Positions 39,603 through 49,213 of a stretch of 64,000 nucleotides of DNA are shown here, in pieces. The notes below the pieces were generated by a model. The model was not told the origin of the DNA. It saw only the letters and a list, made by a program, of their open reading frames with translations, and did no database searches. The position numbers and the translations under genes were made by a program. The DNA is from Candidatus Moraniibacteriota bacterium (GTDB taxonomy: Bacteria; Patescibacteriota; Minisyncoccia; Moranbacterales; GCA-2747515): the NCBI GenBank assembly GCA_016699795.1, contig CP065011.1:883449-947448 (forward strand). Direction: 5' to 3'. The number at the start of each line of letters is the position of its first letter. Position 1 is the stretch's first letter.

Positions 39603-40613
39603 ATGAAAAATAAAAGAAATAGAAAAGGTTCCATCCTTGCTTTTACTCTTATTATGCTAAGCATTCTTCTTCTTGCGGGAATTTCTCTTTCGGGAGTTGT
39701 TCTGACTGATAGAAAGATGGCTATAAACTCAGGAAAAAGTTTACAAGCACTTCAAACAACAGAGAGTGGAATTGCAAATGTTGTGGATATAATAAAGAGA
39801 AAAGAACAGACTAATAATTTAGAAGATACCATTGGGAATACTGTGGAGGATTGGGGAGGGACTTGCAGTAATGGAGTTATTGAGGGATTGATACCAGATT
39901 CTCAAATTTATTTTCGTAATGAGGCGGGAAATGACACGCTTGATTGTAGTGATCCTCTTCATAAAATAGGAAGTATTCGTTCTTATGGAAAAGAAGCTCA
40001 ATCTGCTCGAGCAGTTGAAGTTAATATAAGAAAGTATGTATTTTTTTGTGGATATCATAAAATAAAGGATAGCGATGAAACTATTTATTATACTCAAAAA
40101 ATAGGTGATCAGTGCTGGATGAAACAAAATCTTACTGTGGGAGAGCAGATCGATGGAAATGAATTACCAAATGGATCAGAAATAGAAAAATATTGTCCTG
40201 ATGATGAGGAGGATAAATGTACACAATATGGTGCTTTGTATTCTTTTGGAGAAGCAAAAGAGGCTTGTCCTTCCGGCTGGCATCTTCCTACAGACGGTGA
40301 GTGGACTATTTTAGAAAAAAAAATGGGAAATTGTGGAGCTTCTAGGGATGATGGCTGGGACTGCGCACCTGCTGGAAAAGAATTTATAAATGAAAACAAT
40401 GAGCCACGACAATTAATATTCCCTCTTTCTGGAAAAAGAAACACAAACACACCTCCTCGTTTTGAATCTCCAGGATTTGATGGTTATTATTGGACTGCTA
40501 ATGATAGCGGTAATACAGCAACATACAGACAAATACAGGCAATTAGAGAAGATGTAAACAAAGCTAGTATGAACAAAAGTTCCGGATTAAGTGTTCGCTG
40601 TATAAAGAATTGA
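39603..40613 (+). CDS. PilX-N-type pseudopilin-like protein fused to a FISUMP-like C-terminal domain (paralog 2)
   Basis: 336 aa. N-terminus KGSILAFTLIMLSILLLAGISLSG...SLQALQTTESGIANV parallels the upstream paralog. The C-terminal 180 aa carry QCWMKQNL, GALYSF, CPSGWHLPTDGEW and GYYWTAN, strongly resembling the TIGR02145 domain. Confidence 0.6.
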   Translation: MKNKRNRKGSILAFTLIMLSILLLAGISLSGVVLTDRKMAINSGKSLQALQTTESGIANVVDIIKRKEQTNNLEDTIGNTVEDWGGTCSNGVIEGLIPDSQIYFRNEAGNDTLDCSDPLHKIGSIRSYGKEAQSARAVEVNIRKYVFFCGYHKIKDSDETIYYTQKIGDQCWMKQNLTVGEQIDGNELPNGSEIEKYCPDDEEDKCTQYGALYSFGEAKEACPSGWHLPTDGEWTILEKKMGNCGASRDDGWDCAPAGKEFINENNEPRQLIFPLSGKRNTNTPPRFESPGFDGYYWTANDSGNTATYRQIQAIREDVNKASMNKSSGLSVRCIKN

Positions 40614-40846
40614 CCTTGGGACTTTTTTGTTATAGACTAAGGAGGAAGACGGTAGTGCGTTGTCTGTGAGGTTTTTGTAAGAAATAGTTCCTCTTTATTT
40701 CTTACAAACGAAATCGATCGAAGTAGTATTACTTGTAAAAGTATAAAGAAAAGATCGGGCCCCGCGGATGACGTGGTATCGTTTTTTCTTTATAACAAAA
40801 GGAAAGAGAGGGCTTGCTTTTTATGAAATAATATGGTACTTTTCTG

Positions 40847-41509
40847 GTGTTTTCTTTTTTGAAAAAAGAATCTTATATGATACATGAAAGACAGAAAGAG
40901 GAGGAAGTTGACTCAGCAACCTATGGCGTTGGAAGTTTTCTTTTGGAAATTGTAAAGGTTTTTTTGCTTGCGGTAATTATTATTTTTCCCGTGAGAGTTT
41001 TTTTATTTCAACCTTTTTTTGTTCAAGGGGCAAGTATGGAACCCAATTTTTATGACGGAGAGTACCTTATCGTAAATGAATGGCGTTATAAGAAAACAAC
41101 TATTGGTTTGAAAGAAAGTCCTATTTTTCAAGTAGAGCCTTCGAAAGAACTTTCTCGTGGAGATGTTGTTGTGTTTCGTTATCCCAAAAATCCCTCTCAA
41201 TTTTTTGTAAAGCGCGTTATAGGACTTCCTGGTGAAAGGATTCATATTGAAAATAGTTTTATTATGATATTTAATTCTGAACATCCAGACGGAATGATTT
41301 TAGACGAAGAAGAATATCTTGAAAAAGCAGCAAAAGCAAAAGACTCCTCCTCTTTTACTCTCAAAGATGATGAATATTTTGTTATGGGAGATAATCGACA
41401 ACATAGTCACGATTCAAGATCGTGGGGACCCCTTCAAAAAGAATTTGTTATTGGAAAGGTCGTTCTTCGAGCGTGGCCCATTGATCGTGTGAAGTCATTT
41501 TTTAAGTAG
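40847..41509 (+). CDS. lepB: signal peptidase I
   Basis: 220 aa. TM anchor, catalytic Ser box GASMEPNF, Lys box VKRVIGLPGE and GDNRQHSHDSRSWG. Confidence 0.85.
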   Translation: MFSFLKKESYMIHERQKEEEVDSATYGVGSFLLEIVKVFLLAVIIIFPVRVFLFQPFFVQGASMEPNFYDGEYLIVNEWRYKKTTIGLKESPIFQVEPSKELSRGDVVVFRYPKNPSQFFVKRVIGLPGERIHIENSFIMIFNSEHPDGMILDEEEYLEKAAKAKDSSSFTLKDDEYFVMGDNRQHSHDSRSWGPLQKEFVIGKVVLRAWPIDRVKSFFK

Positions 41510-41545
41510 AGAATTTTTTTGGTTATAGAATAGTAACATTTTAAT

Positions 41546-42958
41546 ATGAGTATGCAATCTAAATCATCTTCAGAAAAAATAGGAAAGAAAAAAGCTTCTC
41601 TTCCTCTTAAAAAAGAAATGACAGAACGCGTTGTAAAAAGAAGGAATAATTCTTCAAAAAAAGTGAACACCTCAAGTCTTACAAAAACTGTTCGAGGTAT
41701 GCGAGATATTTTGCCAGAAGAATATGTGTATTGGAATCATGTGTATCGTGCGCTTGAAAAAGTTGTTCGCGAACTTGGTTTTCGAAGAATTGAGCTTCCT
41801 GTGATTGAATTTTCTCAATTGTATAAAAGATCTCTCGGAGAGGGAACAGATGTTATTGAGAAAGAACTTTTTGAATTTATCACCAAAGGAGGGGATAAAG
41901 TAGCCCTTCGTCCTGAAATGACAGCTGGTTTAGTTCGTGCTTTTCTTCAGAATGGTATGCAAGTATGGCCAAAACCTATCAAGATGTACTCTTGCGGTTC
42001 TCTCTTTCGCTACGATCGCCCTCAGGCTGGAAGGTATCGAGAACATCGTCAGGCAAATTTTGATGTTTTTGGAGAAACAGATCCTATTATGGATGCTCAA
42101 CTTATTCAAGCTGCGTATAGAACATTGACTTCACTTGGTTTGAAAAAAATTCGTTTTTTTGTAAATAGTCTTGGAAATGAAAGTGATAGAAAAACATACC
42201 AAAAGCTTCTCACAGTCCATTTTCGTTCACAGAAATCAGGACTTTGCTCTGATTGCTTGGAAAGATTGAAAAAAAATCCTTTGCGAATATTGGATTGCAA
42301 AGAGGAGGCGTGTCACCAAATAGTATTAGGAGCTCCTCAAATTATTGACCATCTTTCTTTAGAATCTCATAAACACTTCAAATTTGTTTTGGAATATCTT
42401 GATGAATTAGAAATTCCTTATGAAATAAATCCCTTTCTTGTTCGAGGTCTGGATTATTATAATGAAACAGTATTTGAAGTATATTGTGAACAAGAAGAGG
42501 GAAAAGCATCTCTTTCTCTTGGAGGGGGAGGACGTTATGATCTACTTGTTTCACGAATTGGAGGAGGAGAAGGTGTTCCAGCGATAGGTTTTGGTTTGGG
42601 TCTGGATAGAATCATTCTAGAAATGCGAAGACAAGGAACAAAAATTTATCAAGAACCAAAACCAAAAGTTTTTCTTGCTCAACTTGGTGAGATGGCAAAG
42701 AAAAAGAGCTTGAAACTTTTTGAATATTTGGAAAAAAATGGGATCCTTCTTGCTGAAAGTTTTGGTCGTGGAAGTCTGAAGGCGCAATTACGACAAGCTT
42801 CCAAAATAAATGCAGAAATCACTCTTATTTTGGGGCAAAAAGAAGTTCTTGACCAAACACTTATTGTAAAGGATATGCGTACTGGATCTCAAGAAACAGT
42901 TCCTCAGGAAAAAGTTGTTGATTTTTTGAAAAAGTTTTTGAAAAAAACTTCTAAATAG
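41546..42958 (+). CDS. hisS: histidine--tRNA ligase with K/S-rich N-terminal extension
   Basis: 470 aa. The first ~48 aa are lysine/serine-rich. Then class II HisRS motifs (VRGMRDILPEE, FRYDRPQAGRYREHRQ, GGGRYD) and a C-terminal anticodon-binding domain. Confidence 0.85.
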   Translation: MSMQSKSSSEKIGKKKASLPLKKEMTERVVKRRNNSSKKVNTSSLTKTVRGMRDILPEEYVYWNHVYRALEKVVRELGFRRIELPVIEFSQLYKRSLGEGTDVIEKELFEFITKGGDKVALRPEMTAGLVRAFLQNGMQVWPKPIKMYSCGSLFRYDRPQAGRYREHRQANFDVFGETDPIMDAQLIQAAYRTLTSLGLKKIRFFVNSLGNESDRKTYQKLLTVHFRSQKSGLCSDCLERLKKNPLRILDCKEEACHQIVLGAPQIIDHLSLESHKHFKFVLEYLDELEIPYEINPFLVRGLDYYNETVFEVYCEQEEGKASLSLGGGGRYDLLVSRIGGGEGVPAIGFGLGLDRIILEMRRQGTKIYQEPKPKVFLAQLGEMAKKKSLKLFEYLEKNGILLAESFGRGSLKAQLRQASKINAEITLILGQKEVLDQTLIVKDMRTGSQETVPQEKVVDFLKKFLKKTSK

Positions 42959-42963
42959 AAAGT

Positions 42964-43458
42964 ATGGCAATAGCATCTCATCCAGATTGTCTTTTTTGTA
43001 AATTTGTAAATTCTCAAGAATCGTGTTATAAAATTTGGGAAAATGATGATCACTTTGCATTTCTTTCAATTTTTCCCAACACAGAAGGTGTTTGTGTAGT
43101 TATCCCCAAAAAACATCTAACAAGTTATATTTTCGATGCATCAGATGAAGAAATATCTTCTCTTATGAAAGCATCTAAATTTGTAGCAAAGGCTCTTGAT
43201 AAAACATTTTCTGATGTGGGAAGAACGGGTGTTATATGTGAAGGTTTTGGAATAGATCATCTTCATGTTAAACTTTTTCCTATGCATGGTACGGGAAATA
43301 TGGAAAAATGGCACCCTATTGAAAATAATCGAGAGGAGTATTATACTACTTATCCTGGATTCCTTTCTTCGCATGATGCAAAACGAGCTGAAAATGCGTT
43401 TCTGAAAGATGTGGCGAAGAAAATCCAAGGAACTCTTACTGGAATAAATGAATTATGA
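42964..43458 (+). CDS. HIT-family protein
   Basis: 164 aa. N-terminal CLFCKF and the histidine-triad region GIDHLHVKLFP. Confidence 0.65.
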   Translation: MAIASHPDCLFCKFVNSQESCYKIWENDDHFAFLSIFPNTEGVCVVIPKKHLTSYIFDASDEEISSLMKASKFVAKALDKTFSDVGRTGVICEGFGIDHLHVKLFPMHGTGNMEKWHPIENNREEYYTTYPGFLSSHDAKRAENAFLKDVAKKIQGTLTGINEL

Positions 43459-43498
43459 TTAAAGAAATGTTGATAGAATCGAGAAAGGAGGTTTTAGT

Positions 43499-43756
43499 AT
43501 GACTGAAGTAAAACGAAAAGATCGCGAGACTATTGAAAGCTTATTGAGACGATTTAGTAGAAAAGTTCAACAAAGTCGTATTCTTCGTATTGCACGAAGA
43601 AAAAACGATCGCGAACAGGTTGTTTCCAAAACGAGAAAACGTGAACGTGCTCTCTATAATATTTCTATTCGAAAAGAGATCGATCGATCCAAAAAAATGG
43701 GTCGTTTTGATGAGAAAGAATTGCGCGAAATTAAGAAGCGTATGGGAAATCGTTAA
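43499..43756 (+). CDS. rpsU: 30S ribosomal protein S21
   Basis: 85-aa highly basic protein. The ESLLRRFSRKV...ARRK pattern is characteristic of bS21. Confidence 0.7.
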   Translation: MTEVKRKDRETIESLLRRFSRKVQQSRILRIARRKNDREQVVSKTRKRERALYNISIRKEIDRSKKMGRFDEKELREIKKRMGNR

Positions 43757-43761
43757 AAATT

Positions 43762-44229
43762 ATGACACTTCGTGATTCTTTGCGAAAAAACATGATAGAA
43801 GCAATGCGCTCGGGAGATACATTCTCCCGAGATGTTTTGCGTATGATTGAAGGATCTATTCGAAATAAAGAGATTGAATTTCGTGGTCTAAAAAAAGAAC
43901 TATCAGAGGAGGATATTTTGAATATTTTAGCTACACAAATAAAACAACGGCGAGAGAGTGCTCGGCAGTATGAAGAGGGTGGGCGTACGGATTTAGTTCA
44001 AAAGGAAAAACAAGAAATATCTGTTCTTGAAAAGTTTCTTCCAGAAAAAATCTCATCTGATCAATTGAAAAAAATTGTTCAGAAAATTATTACTCTTACA
44101 AAAGCAAAAGATATTTCTGATATAGGAAAAGTTATAGGAGCTTCGATTGTTGAAGCAAAGAAAATAGGGTTTGTCGAAGGAAATGAGGTTCGAGAGATTG
44201 CAAATGATCTTCTTATGGGAAAAAAATAA
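43762..44229 (+). CDS. GatB/YqeY domain protein
   Basis: 155-aa helical protein. N-terminus MTLRDSLRKNMIEAMRSGD is typical of YqeY. Confidence 0.65.
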   Translation: MTLRDSLRKNMIEAMRSGDTFSRDVLRMIEGSIRNKEIEFRGLKKELSEEDILNILATQIKQRRESARQYEEGGRTDLVQKEKQEISVLEKFLPEKISSDQLKKIVQKIITLTKAKDISDIGKVIGASIVEAKKIGFVEGNEVREIANDLLMGKK

Positions 44230-44233
44230 AAGT

Positions 44234-44698
44234 ATGAAAATTCTTTTGGATGTTCCTAAAGAAGGTTTGTGTGGTCTTTCAAAGAATTTTTATGAAGAAA
44301 TTTCTTCTCTCATTTTGAGTGAAATAGAAATTTTATTCTCGTTTCCGAAAAAAATTGGCATTGGTTTGAGTAGTGCTTCTTTAGAAGATATGGCAATGCT
44401 GAATAAAGAAAATATAGGAAAAGAAGGTCCGACAGACATTTTATCTTTTCCTGCTTATCCAGATAAGGAAACTATTAAATCTCTGCAGGGAGAAGAATTC
44501 TTTTTGGGAGATATTATTCTTTGTGAAGATATTATTCGAAAAGATGCAGAAAAAGATGATGTTTCCTATGAGCGTGAAATGGCATTCGTTTTTTCTCATG
44601 GGATACTTCATCTTTTCGGTTATGAACATAGCGAGGAAATGTTTGCTCTTCAAGATAAAGTGTGCGAAAATATAAAGGAAGAAAAAATTACGAAATAA
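44234..44698 (+). CDS. ybeY: rRNA maturation RNase YbeY
   Basis: HGILHLFGYEH metal-binding motif. ATG at 44234 (MKILLDVPKE) preferred over the upstream ORF-track start, which overlaps yqeY. Confidence 0.8.
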   Translation: MKILLDVPKEGLCGLSKNFYEEISSLILSEIEILFSFPKKIGIGLSSASLEDMAMLNKENIGKEGPTDILSFPAYPDKETIKSLQGEEFFLGDIILCEDIIRKDAEKDDVSYEREMAFVFSHGILHLFGYEHSEEMFALQDKVCENIKEEKITK

Positions 44699-44701
44699 AA
44701 T

Positions 44702-45055
44702 ATGTTGAGATTGTTTCTCAAAAGCTTTCATCACGCGTTTTCCGGTTTGCAATATGCATATCGGCATGAACGCAATTTCCGCATAGAATGTTTTTTTGCA
44801 TTGGTTGTTATTATTGCTCTTTTTTCTTTTCCGATGGATGTGTGGAAACAAGTGATACTTATTATAATGATTGGTTGGGTTTTAAGCGCTGAACTTGCCA
44901 ATACGATTGTCGAGAGAATAGTTGATATGGTAAAACCGAAACTACATCCTTATGTTCGAGTAATTAAGGATCTCATGGCTGCAACGGTACTTCTTTCCTC
45001 CGTATTTGCTTTGATTGTTGGAATATTGATTATTTTGCCGTATATTATTCCATAA
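44702..45055 (+). CDS. dgkA: diacylglycerol kinase (prokaryotic DgkA family)
   Basis: 117 aa, three TM helices. N-terminal amphipathic helix with ERNFRIE and a conserved E...N..VE core. Confidence 0.7.
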   Translation: MLRLFLKSFHHAFSGLQYAYRHERNFRIECFFALVVIIALFSFPMDVWKQVILIIMIGWVLSAELANTIVERIVDMVKPKLHPYVRVIKDLMAATVLLSSVFALIVGILIILPYIIP

Positions 45056-45100
45056 GAAGAAAGGAATAAGAAAAAATTTCTCCAAAAAATAAAATAAATT

Positions 45101-46342
45101 ATGTCAAAAAGTCGTTTTCTTTCAGCTATTGATTTAGGGACACATACTGTTCGTGTTGTCATTGCTGAACAAATTTTTGAAGAGAATGTAGCACTTCGTA
45201 TTTTGGGGGTGGGAGAGGCTAAGTCTTTTGGTATAAAAAAAGGATTTATTACGAATCCGGAAATTCTTTCTAAGTCACTTTCAGAAGCTATTACACAGGC
45301 GGAAAGTATGGCTAATACACAAATAAAAGAAGTTGCTGTTAGTATAGGAGGTGGAAATATTCGAACAAAGATAAATGAAGGTGTCGTGGGTGTTACAAGG
45401 GCTGATGCTGAAGTTGTTGCTGAAGATATTTCTCGAGCTATTTCTGCTGCAGGAAGAATAGATCTACCCCTCAATTATGATGTTATTCATATCATACCCT
45501 GTTCGTATCGACTTGATGGACAGGAGGTTCAAAATCCTATTGGTATGAAAGGATTTCGTTTGGAGGTAAGCGCATTAATTGTTTTAGGTTTTATTCCTCA
45601 AATGAAACAAATACGAAGCGTACTTTCTTTGTGTGGAGTGGATATTACTCAATTTGTTCTTTCTTCTTTGGCTGCGATGGAATCAGTAACAGATTCACAA
45701 CAAAAAGAATCAGGTATTGCTTTGGTGGATATAGGGGGAATGACAACTGACGTTGCTGTTTATGGAGAGGGTGAAATTCTTCACTGTTCTTCTGTGGGAA
45801 TAGGATCATGGCATGTAACCAATGATTTAGCTATGGGACTACGTATTCCTGTGAATCTTGCTGAACGTATAAAAATTGAATACGGAACAGCAAATTTAGC
45901 TTCTATAGAAGAATCTGAAGATATACGATTGAGCATACTTGATCCTTCGCAAGAAGAGAATGTTTCGCGATACCACATGGGTGAAATTATCGATGCTCGA
46001 TTGGAAGAAATATTTGAAAAGGTAACTGAAAAATTTCGATCGATTGAAAAAGAATATTCTCTTCCTAATGGAGTTATTCTTGTCGGTGGTGGCGTAGAAA
46101 TACCAGAAATACTTGATATGGCAAAAAATACTTTAAATTTACCTGTCTTTGTAGGATATCCGCATTCTATAGGTGGCTTTGTTGATAAGGTGAATACACC
46201 CGCTTATGCTACTGTTGTTGGTTTGCTTTTTTGGCAAATGAATGAAGATGGTGGGGGTATGACAAATGAATCTAGTGGAAGAATGATGTCTTTTATTATG
46301 GATAAACTGCGAAAATGGTTTCATACTTTTCTTCCTGTTTGA
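45101..46342 (+). CDS. ftsA: cell division protein FtsA
   Basis: 413 aa. Actin-fold phosphate loops (LSAIDLGTHTVRVVIAE, GIALVDIGGMTTDVAV, VILVGGG). Confidence 0.85.
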   Translation: MSKSRFLSAIDLGTHTVRVVIAEQIFEENVALRILGVGEAKSFGIKKGFITNPEILSKSLSEAITQAESMANTQIKEVAVSIGGGNIRTKINEGVVGVTRADAEVVAEDISRAISAAGRIDLPLNYDVIHIIPCSYRLDGQEVQNPIGMKGFRLEVSALIVLGFIPQMKQIRSVLSLCGVDITQFVLSSLAAMESVTDSQQKESGIALVDIGGMTTDVAVYGEGEILHCSSVGIGSWHVTNDLAMGLRIPVNLAERIKIEYGTANLASIEESEDIRLSILDPSQEENVSRYHMGEIIDARLEEIFEKVTEKFRSIEKEYSLPNGVILVGGGVEIPEILDMAKNTLNLPVFVGYPHSIGGFVDKVNTPAYATVVGLLFWQMNEDGGGMTNESSGRMMSFIMDKLRKWFHTFLPV

Positions 46343-46453
46343 CGGAGGGTTTTCCTCATGGTATTCTTTAAAGAGCCCAAAACAAAAATACTTATTAAAT
46401 ACATTCCTGAAAGATTTTTTATTTAGGATAAATAAGCAAGGGATATTTTTTTT

Positions 46454-47785
46454 ATGGCAGAGATAAAACCAGATATAGAAACGTTTGCAAAGATCAAAGT
46501 TGTTGGTATTGGAGGTGGTGGAGGGAATGCTATTGTTCGCATGGTTGATTCCGATATAAAAGGAGTTGAATATGTCGCTATTAATACAGATGCCCAAGCA
46601 TTGCACCATAGTTCCGCTTCGGAAAAAGTGCATATTGGAAAAAATTTAACGAAAGGATTGGGTGCAGGAATGAATCCTGAAGTGGGTCGTCAGGCAGCTG
46701 AAGAAAACAGAGCTGAAATTCAAGAAATATTGAAAGGTTCCGAAATGGTTTTTATTACTTGCGGTCTTGGAGGTGGAACAGGAACTGGAGCTGCTCCTAT
46801 TGTTGCTGAAACAGCAAGAGAAGTTGGAGCTCTTACTGTTGGCGTTGTTACAAAACCTTTCTCATTTGAAGGTGCTCAACGGCGAGCCATAGCTATGGAG
46901 GGATTAGAAATTTTAAAAGATCGTGTTGACGCACTTATAACCATTCCCAATGATAAGCTCCTTTCTATTATTGATAAGAAAACAACACTTATTAATGCTT
47001 TTCGTATAGTGGACGATGTTCTTCGTCAGGGTGTTCAAGGAATATCAGATCTTATAACAAAATCTGGTATTATTAATGTGGATTTTGCAGATGTACGAGC
47101 AATTTTGGGAAATAGTGGTTCAGCTCTTATGGGTATCGGTATCGCTAGTGGGGAAAATAGAGCTTCTCAGGCTGCAAAATCAGCCATAAATAGTCCACTT
47201 CTAGAACTTTCTATTGATGGTGCAAAGGGTGTCCTTTTTACCGTTACTGGTGGAGCTGATGTGACTATGATGGAGATTAATGAGGCAGCAAGTATTATAA
47301 CGGAGGCTATTGATCCAAATGCTAAGGTTATCTTCGGAGCTGTTATGGATGATCAACTTCGAAAAGGAGAACTACAAATTACCGTAGTAGCTACGGGATT
47401 TGATCCAGATCGTCCAAGTAAAGCAATAACTCCTTCTATGAAAACTGTTCAAGAAGAAAAACTTCATCAAAAAGAAGAAAATATTCATGATGGTGATGTA
47501 GTAAAAAAAGAAGAGATGCAAACATCTGACTTTTCACATAAAAAAAATATTCAAACGAATAATTCATTTAATTCTCGTCCAGTAAGTGGAATTCATCCTC
47601 AAGCCGAAAGGAATAATAATTATGGACAGAGTTTTAAATCTCCATCTACAACACCAACCATGATAACTGAAGATAAAATTCAGCAACGACCTCCAGTCAT
47701 TCCATCACCCCTTGATGATATAGAGCCGATTGAGGAAGATTTTGATGTACCTGCTTTTATCCGAAGAAAATTAGGAGGAAAATAA
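46454..47785 (+). CDS. ftsZ: cell division GTPase FtsZ with extended C-terminal linker
   Basis: 443 aa. Tubulin signature [14 protein letters not shown] and T7 loop NVDFADV. The last ~120 aa are low-complexity, ending in a conserved C-terminal peptide (DVPAFIRRK). Confidence 0.9.
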   Translation: MAEIKPDIETFAKIKVVGIGGGGGNAIVRMVDSDIKGVEYVAINTDAQALHHSSASEKVHIGKNLTKGLGAGMNPEVGRQAAEENRAEIQEILKGSEMVFITCGLGGGTGTGAAPIVAETAREVGALTVGVVTKPFSFEGAQRRAIAMEGLEILKDRVDALITIPNDKLLSIIDKKTTLINAFRIVDDVLRQGVQGISDLITKSGIINVDFADVRAILGNSGSALMGIGIASGENRASQAAKSAINSPLLELSIDGAKGVLFTVTGGADVTMMEINEAASIITEAIDPNAKVIFGAVMDDQLRKGELQITVVATGFDPDRPSKAITPSMKTVQEEKLHQKEENIHDGDVVKKEEMQTSDFSHKKNIQTNNSFNSRPVSGIHPQAERNNNYGQSFKSPSTTPTMITEDKIQQRPPVIPSPLDDIEPIEEDFDVPAFIRRKLGGK

Positions 47786-48060
47786 AATAAATTTTAATTT
47801 TTTTAAATAAAAATAAATAAGGAATTTTATTGAAAAATAGTTTTTAGGGTGATAGTAATGTTTGGATTTTTTTACTAAAAATGAGTGAAAAAATAGTTTT
47901 TTCGTAGTGATGTTTGTTCTTGGGAGATATTTCTTGTATGTAGAGAAAGTTTCTTTTTGTACATAAATATAATTTTTTAAATAACCTAATTTGATAAGAA
48001 AAATACCTATCATTTTTTATATCAAATTTATTTTTAGAAAAACAACATTCAAAACTTTTT

Positions 48061-48426
48061 ATGAAAACCATGGTTATATTTGGTGCAAGTAATAAGATAA
48101 ACCGATATTCTTATAAAGTTATTCTTTTTTTGAAGCGAAAAAATAACTACAAAATTATTCCTGTACATCCAGATCTTTCTTATATTGAGGGAATACCTGT
48201 TGTTACTACGTTAGATGATATACACGAGTCTGTAGATATTCTATCTATTTATGTGAAACCAGAGATACTCGAAAAACATTTGGCTCACATTGTTGATTTA
48301 AAGCCTCGTATGATTATCCTTAATCCTGGAACAGAGTCTTCTGTAGCGGAAATGTATTTTGAAAAACATTGCATTATCTATCATAAAGCGTGTACATTAG
48401 TATTATTGAAAACTGGAGTGTTATAA
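48061..48426 (+). CDS. CoA-binding domain protein (YccU-like)
   Basis: 121 aa. N-terminus MVIFGASNKINRYSYKV...IIPVHP matches the CoA_binding_2 fold. Confidence 0.55.
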   Translation: MKTMVIFGASNKINRYSYKVILFLKRKNNYKIIPVHPDLSYIEGIPVVTTLDDIHESVDILSIYVKPEILEKHLAHIVDLKPRMIILNPGTESSVAEMYFEKHCIIYHKACTLVLLKTGVL

Positions 48427-48429
48427 ATT

Positions 48430-48927
48430 ATGAAATTAGTAAATAAAATTATTTCTTATCGCCCAACATTTGAAGTGTCTGTGGGTGTCGTCCTTTTTCT
48501 TTTGCGAGAAAATAAGCCACAATTTTTACTCCTTCAATATCCTCATGGACATTGGGATTTTGTGAAAGGACATAAAGAAGAGGGAGAAACTGACGAAGAA
48601 ACTCTTCGAAGAGAACTCATAGAGGAAACGGGTATACAAGAAGCTCGAATTTTTCCTGATTTTTCAAAAACAATCCGATTTCGTTATACAGCGAAAGGAA
48701 CCGAACGAGATAAGAGACAAGACAAGGGAAATGGTCTTTTTGTGAGAAAAAAGGTTATTTATTATGCCGCACAAACATCGCAGACTCGAATAGAATTAAG
48801 TGATGAGCATTATGATTGGGCATGGCTTTCATATGAAGATGCCTTGAGAAAAATAACTCATAAGAATTCTCGAGATGTTCTTTCTTCATTTAGAGAAATA
48901 TTTGACACAACGTTAAAATTAGAGTAA
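48430..48927 (+). CDS. NUDIX hydrolase
   Basis: Nudix box GHKEEGETDEETLRRELIEETGI (Gx5Ex7REUxEExGU). Confidence 0.8.
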   Translation: MKLVNKIISYRPTFEVSVGVVLFLLRENKPQFLLLQYPHGHWDFVKGHKEEGETDEETLRRELIEETGIQEARIFPDFSKTIRFRYTAKGTERDKRQDKGNGLFVRKKVIYYAAQTSQTRIELSDEHYDWAWLSYEDALRKITHKNSRDVLSSFREIFDTTLKLE

Positions 48928-48974
48928 TCTTAGTTTATAAAAAGCCCCAAAGGGCTTTTAAAAAAGGGAAAAAT

Positions 48975-49160
48975 ATGTTAAAAGATTTTATTGCATACCT
49001 GAAAGAATCGAAGGCAGAGTTGAAGAAAGTAACATGGCCAACGATAAAGATGGTAAAAAGATTTACTATTCTTGTTGTTTTGATTAGTGTTGTAATGGCT
49101 TTATTTTTGGGATTTTTAGACGCATTTTTTAGTTGGGGGCTTAAAACATTCGTTTTCTAA
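48975..49160 (+). CDS. secE: preprotein translocase subunit SecE
   Basis: 61 aa. The KKVTWPT...single TM helix pattern. Sits immediately upstream of nusG. Confidence 0.75.
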   Translation: MLKDFIAYLKESKAELKKVTWPTIKMVKRFTILVVLISVVMALFLGFLDAFFSWGLKTFVF

Positions 49161-49213
49161 TGAAAATGAATAATTGTTAATTTTATTTTTCTAAAAAATA
49201 TTTCATTGTAATT

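Noticed and set aside
40677-40790. Perfect 10-bp hairpin 'gtaagaaata...tatttcttac' and the GC island 'gatcgggccccgcggatgacgtgg' downstream of the FISUMP-pilin gene, considered as a tRNA or small RNA
   Set aside because: No T-arm/D-arm tRNA features. The hairpin lacks a trailing U-run and is most simply a transcript-stabilising stem-loop. The short GC patch has no discernible structure.
47786-48060. Imperfect ~30-nt direct repeat 'aaaatagttttt(a/t)...gtgatagtaatgtttg' / '...gtagtgatgtttg' downstream of ftsZ
   Set aside because: Low-complexity AT-rich intergenic DNA. The similarity is partial and explainable by composition. No coding or structural signal.
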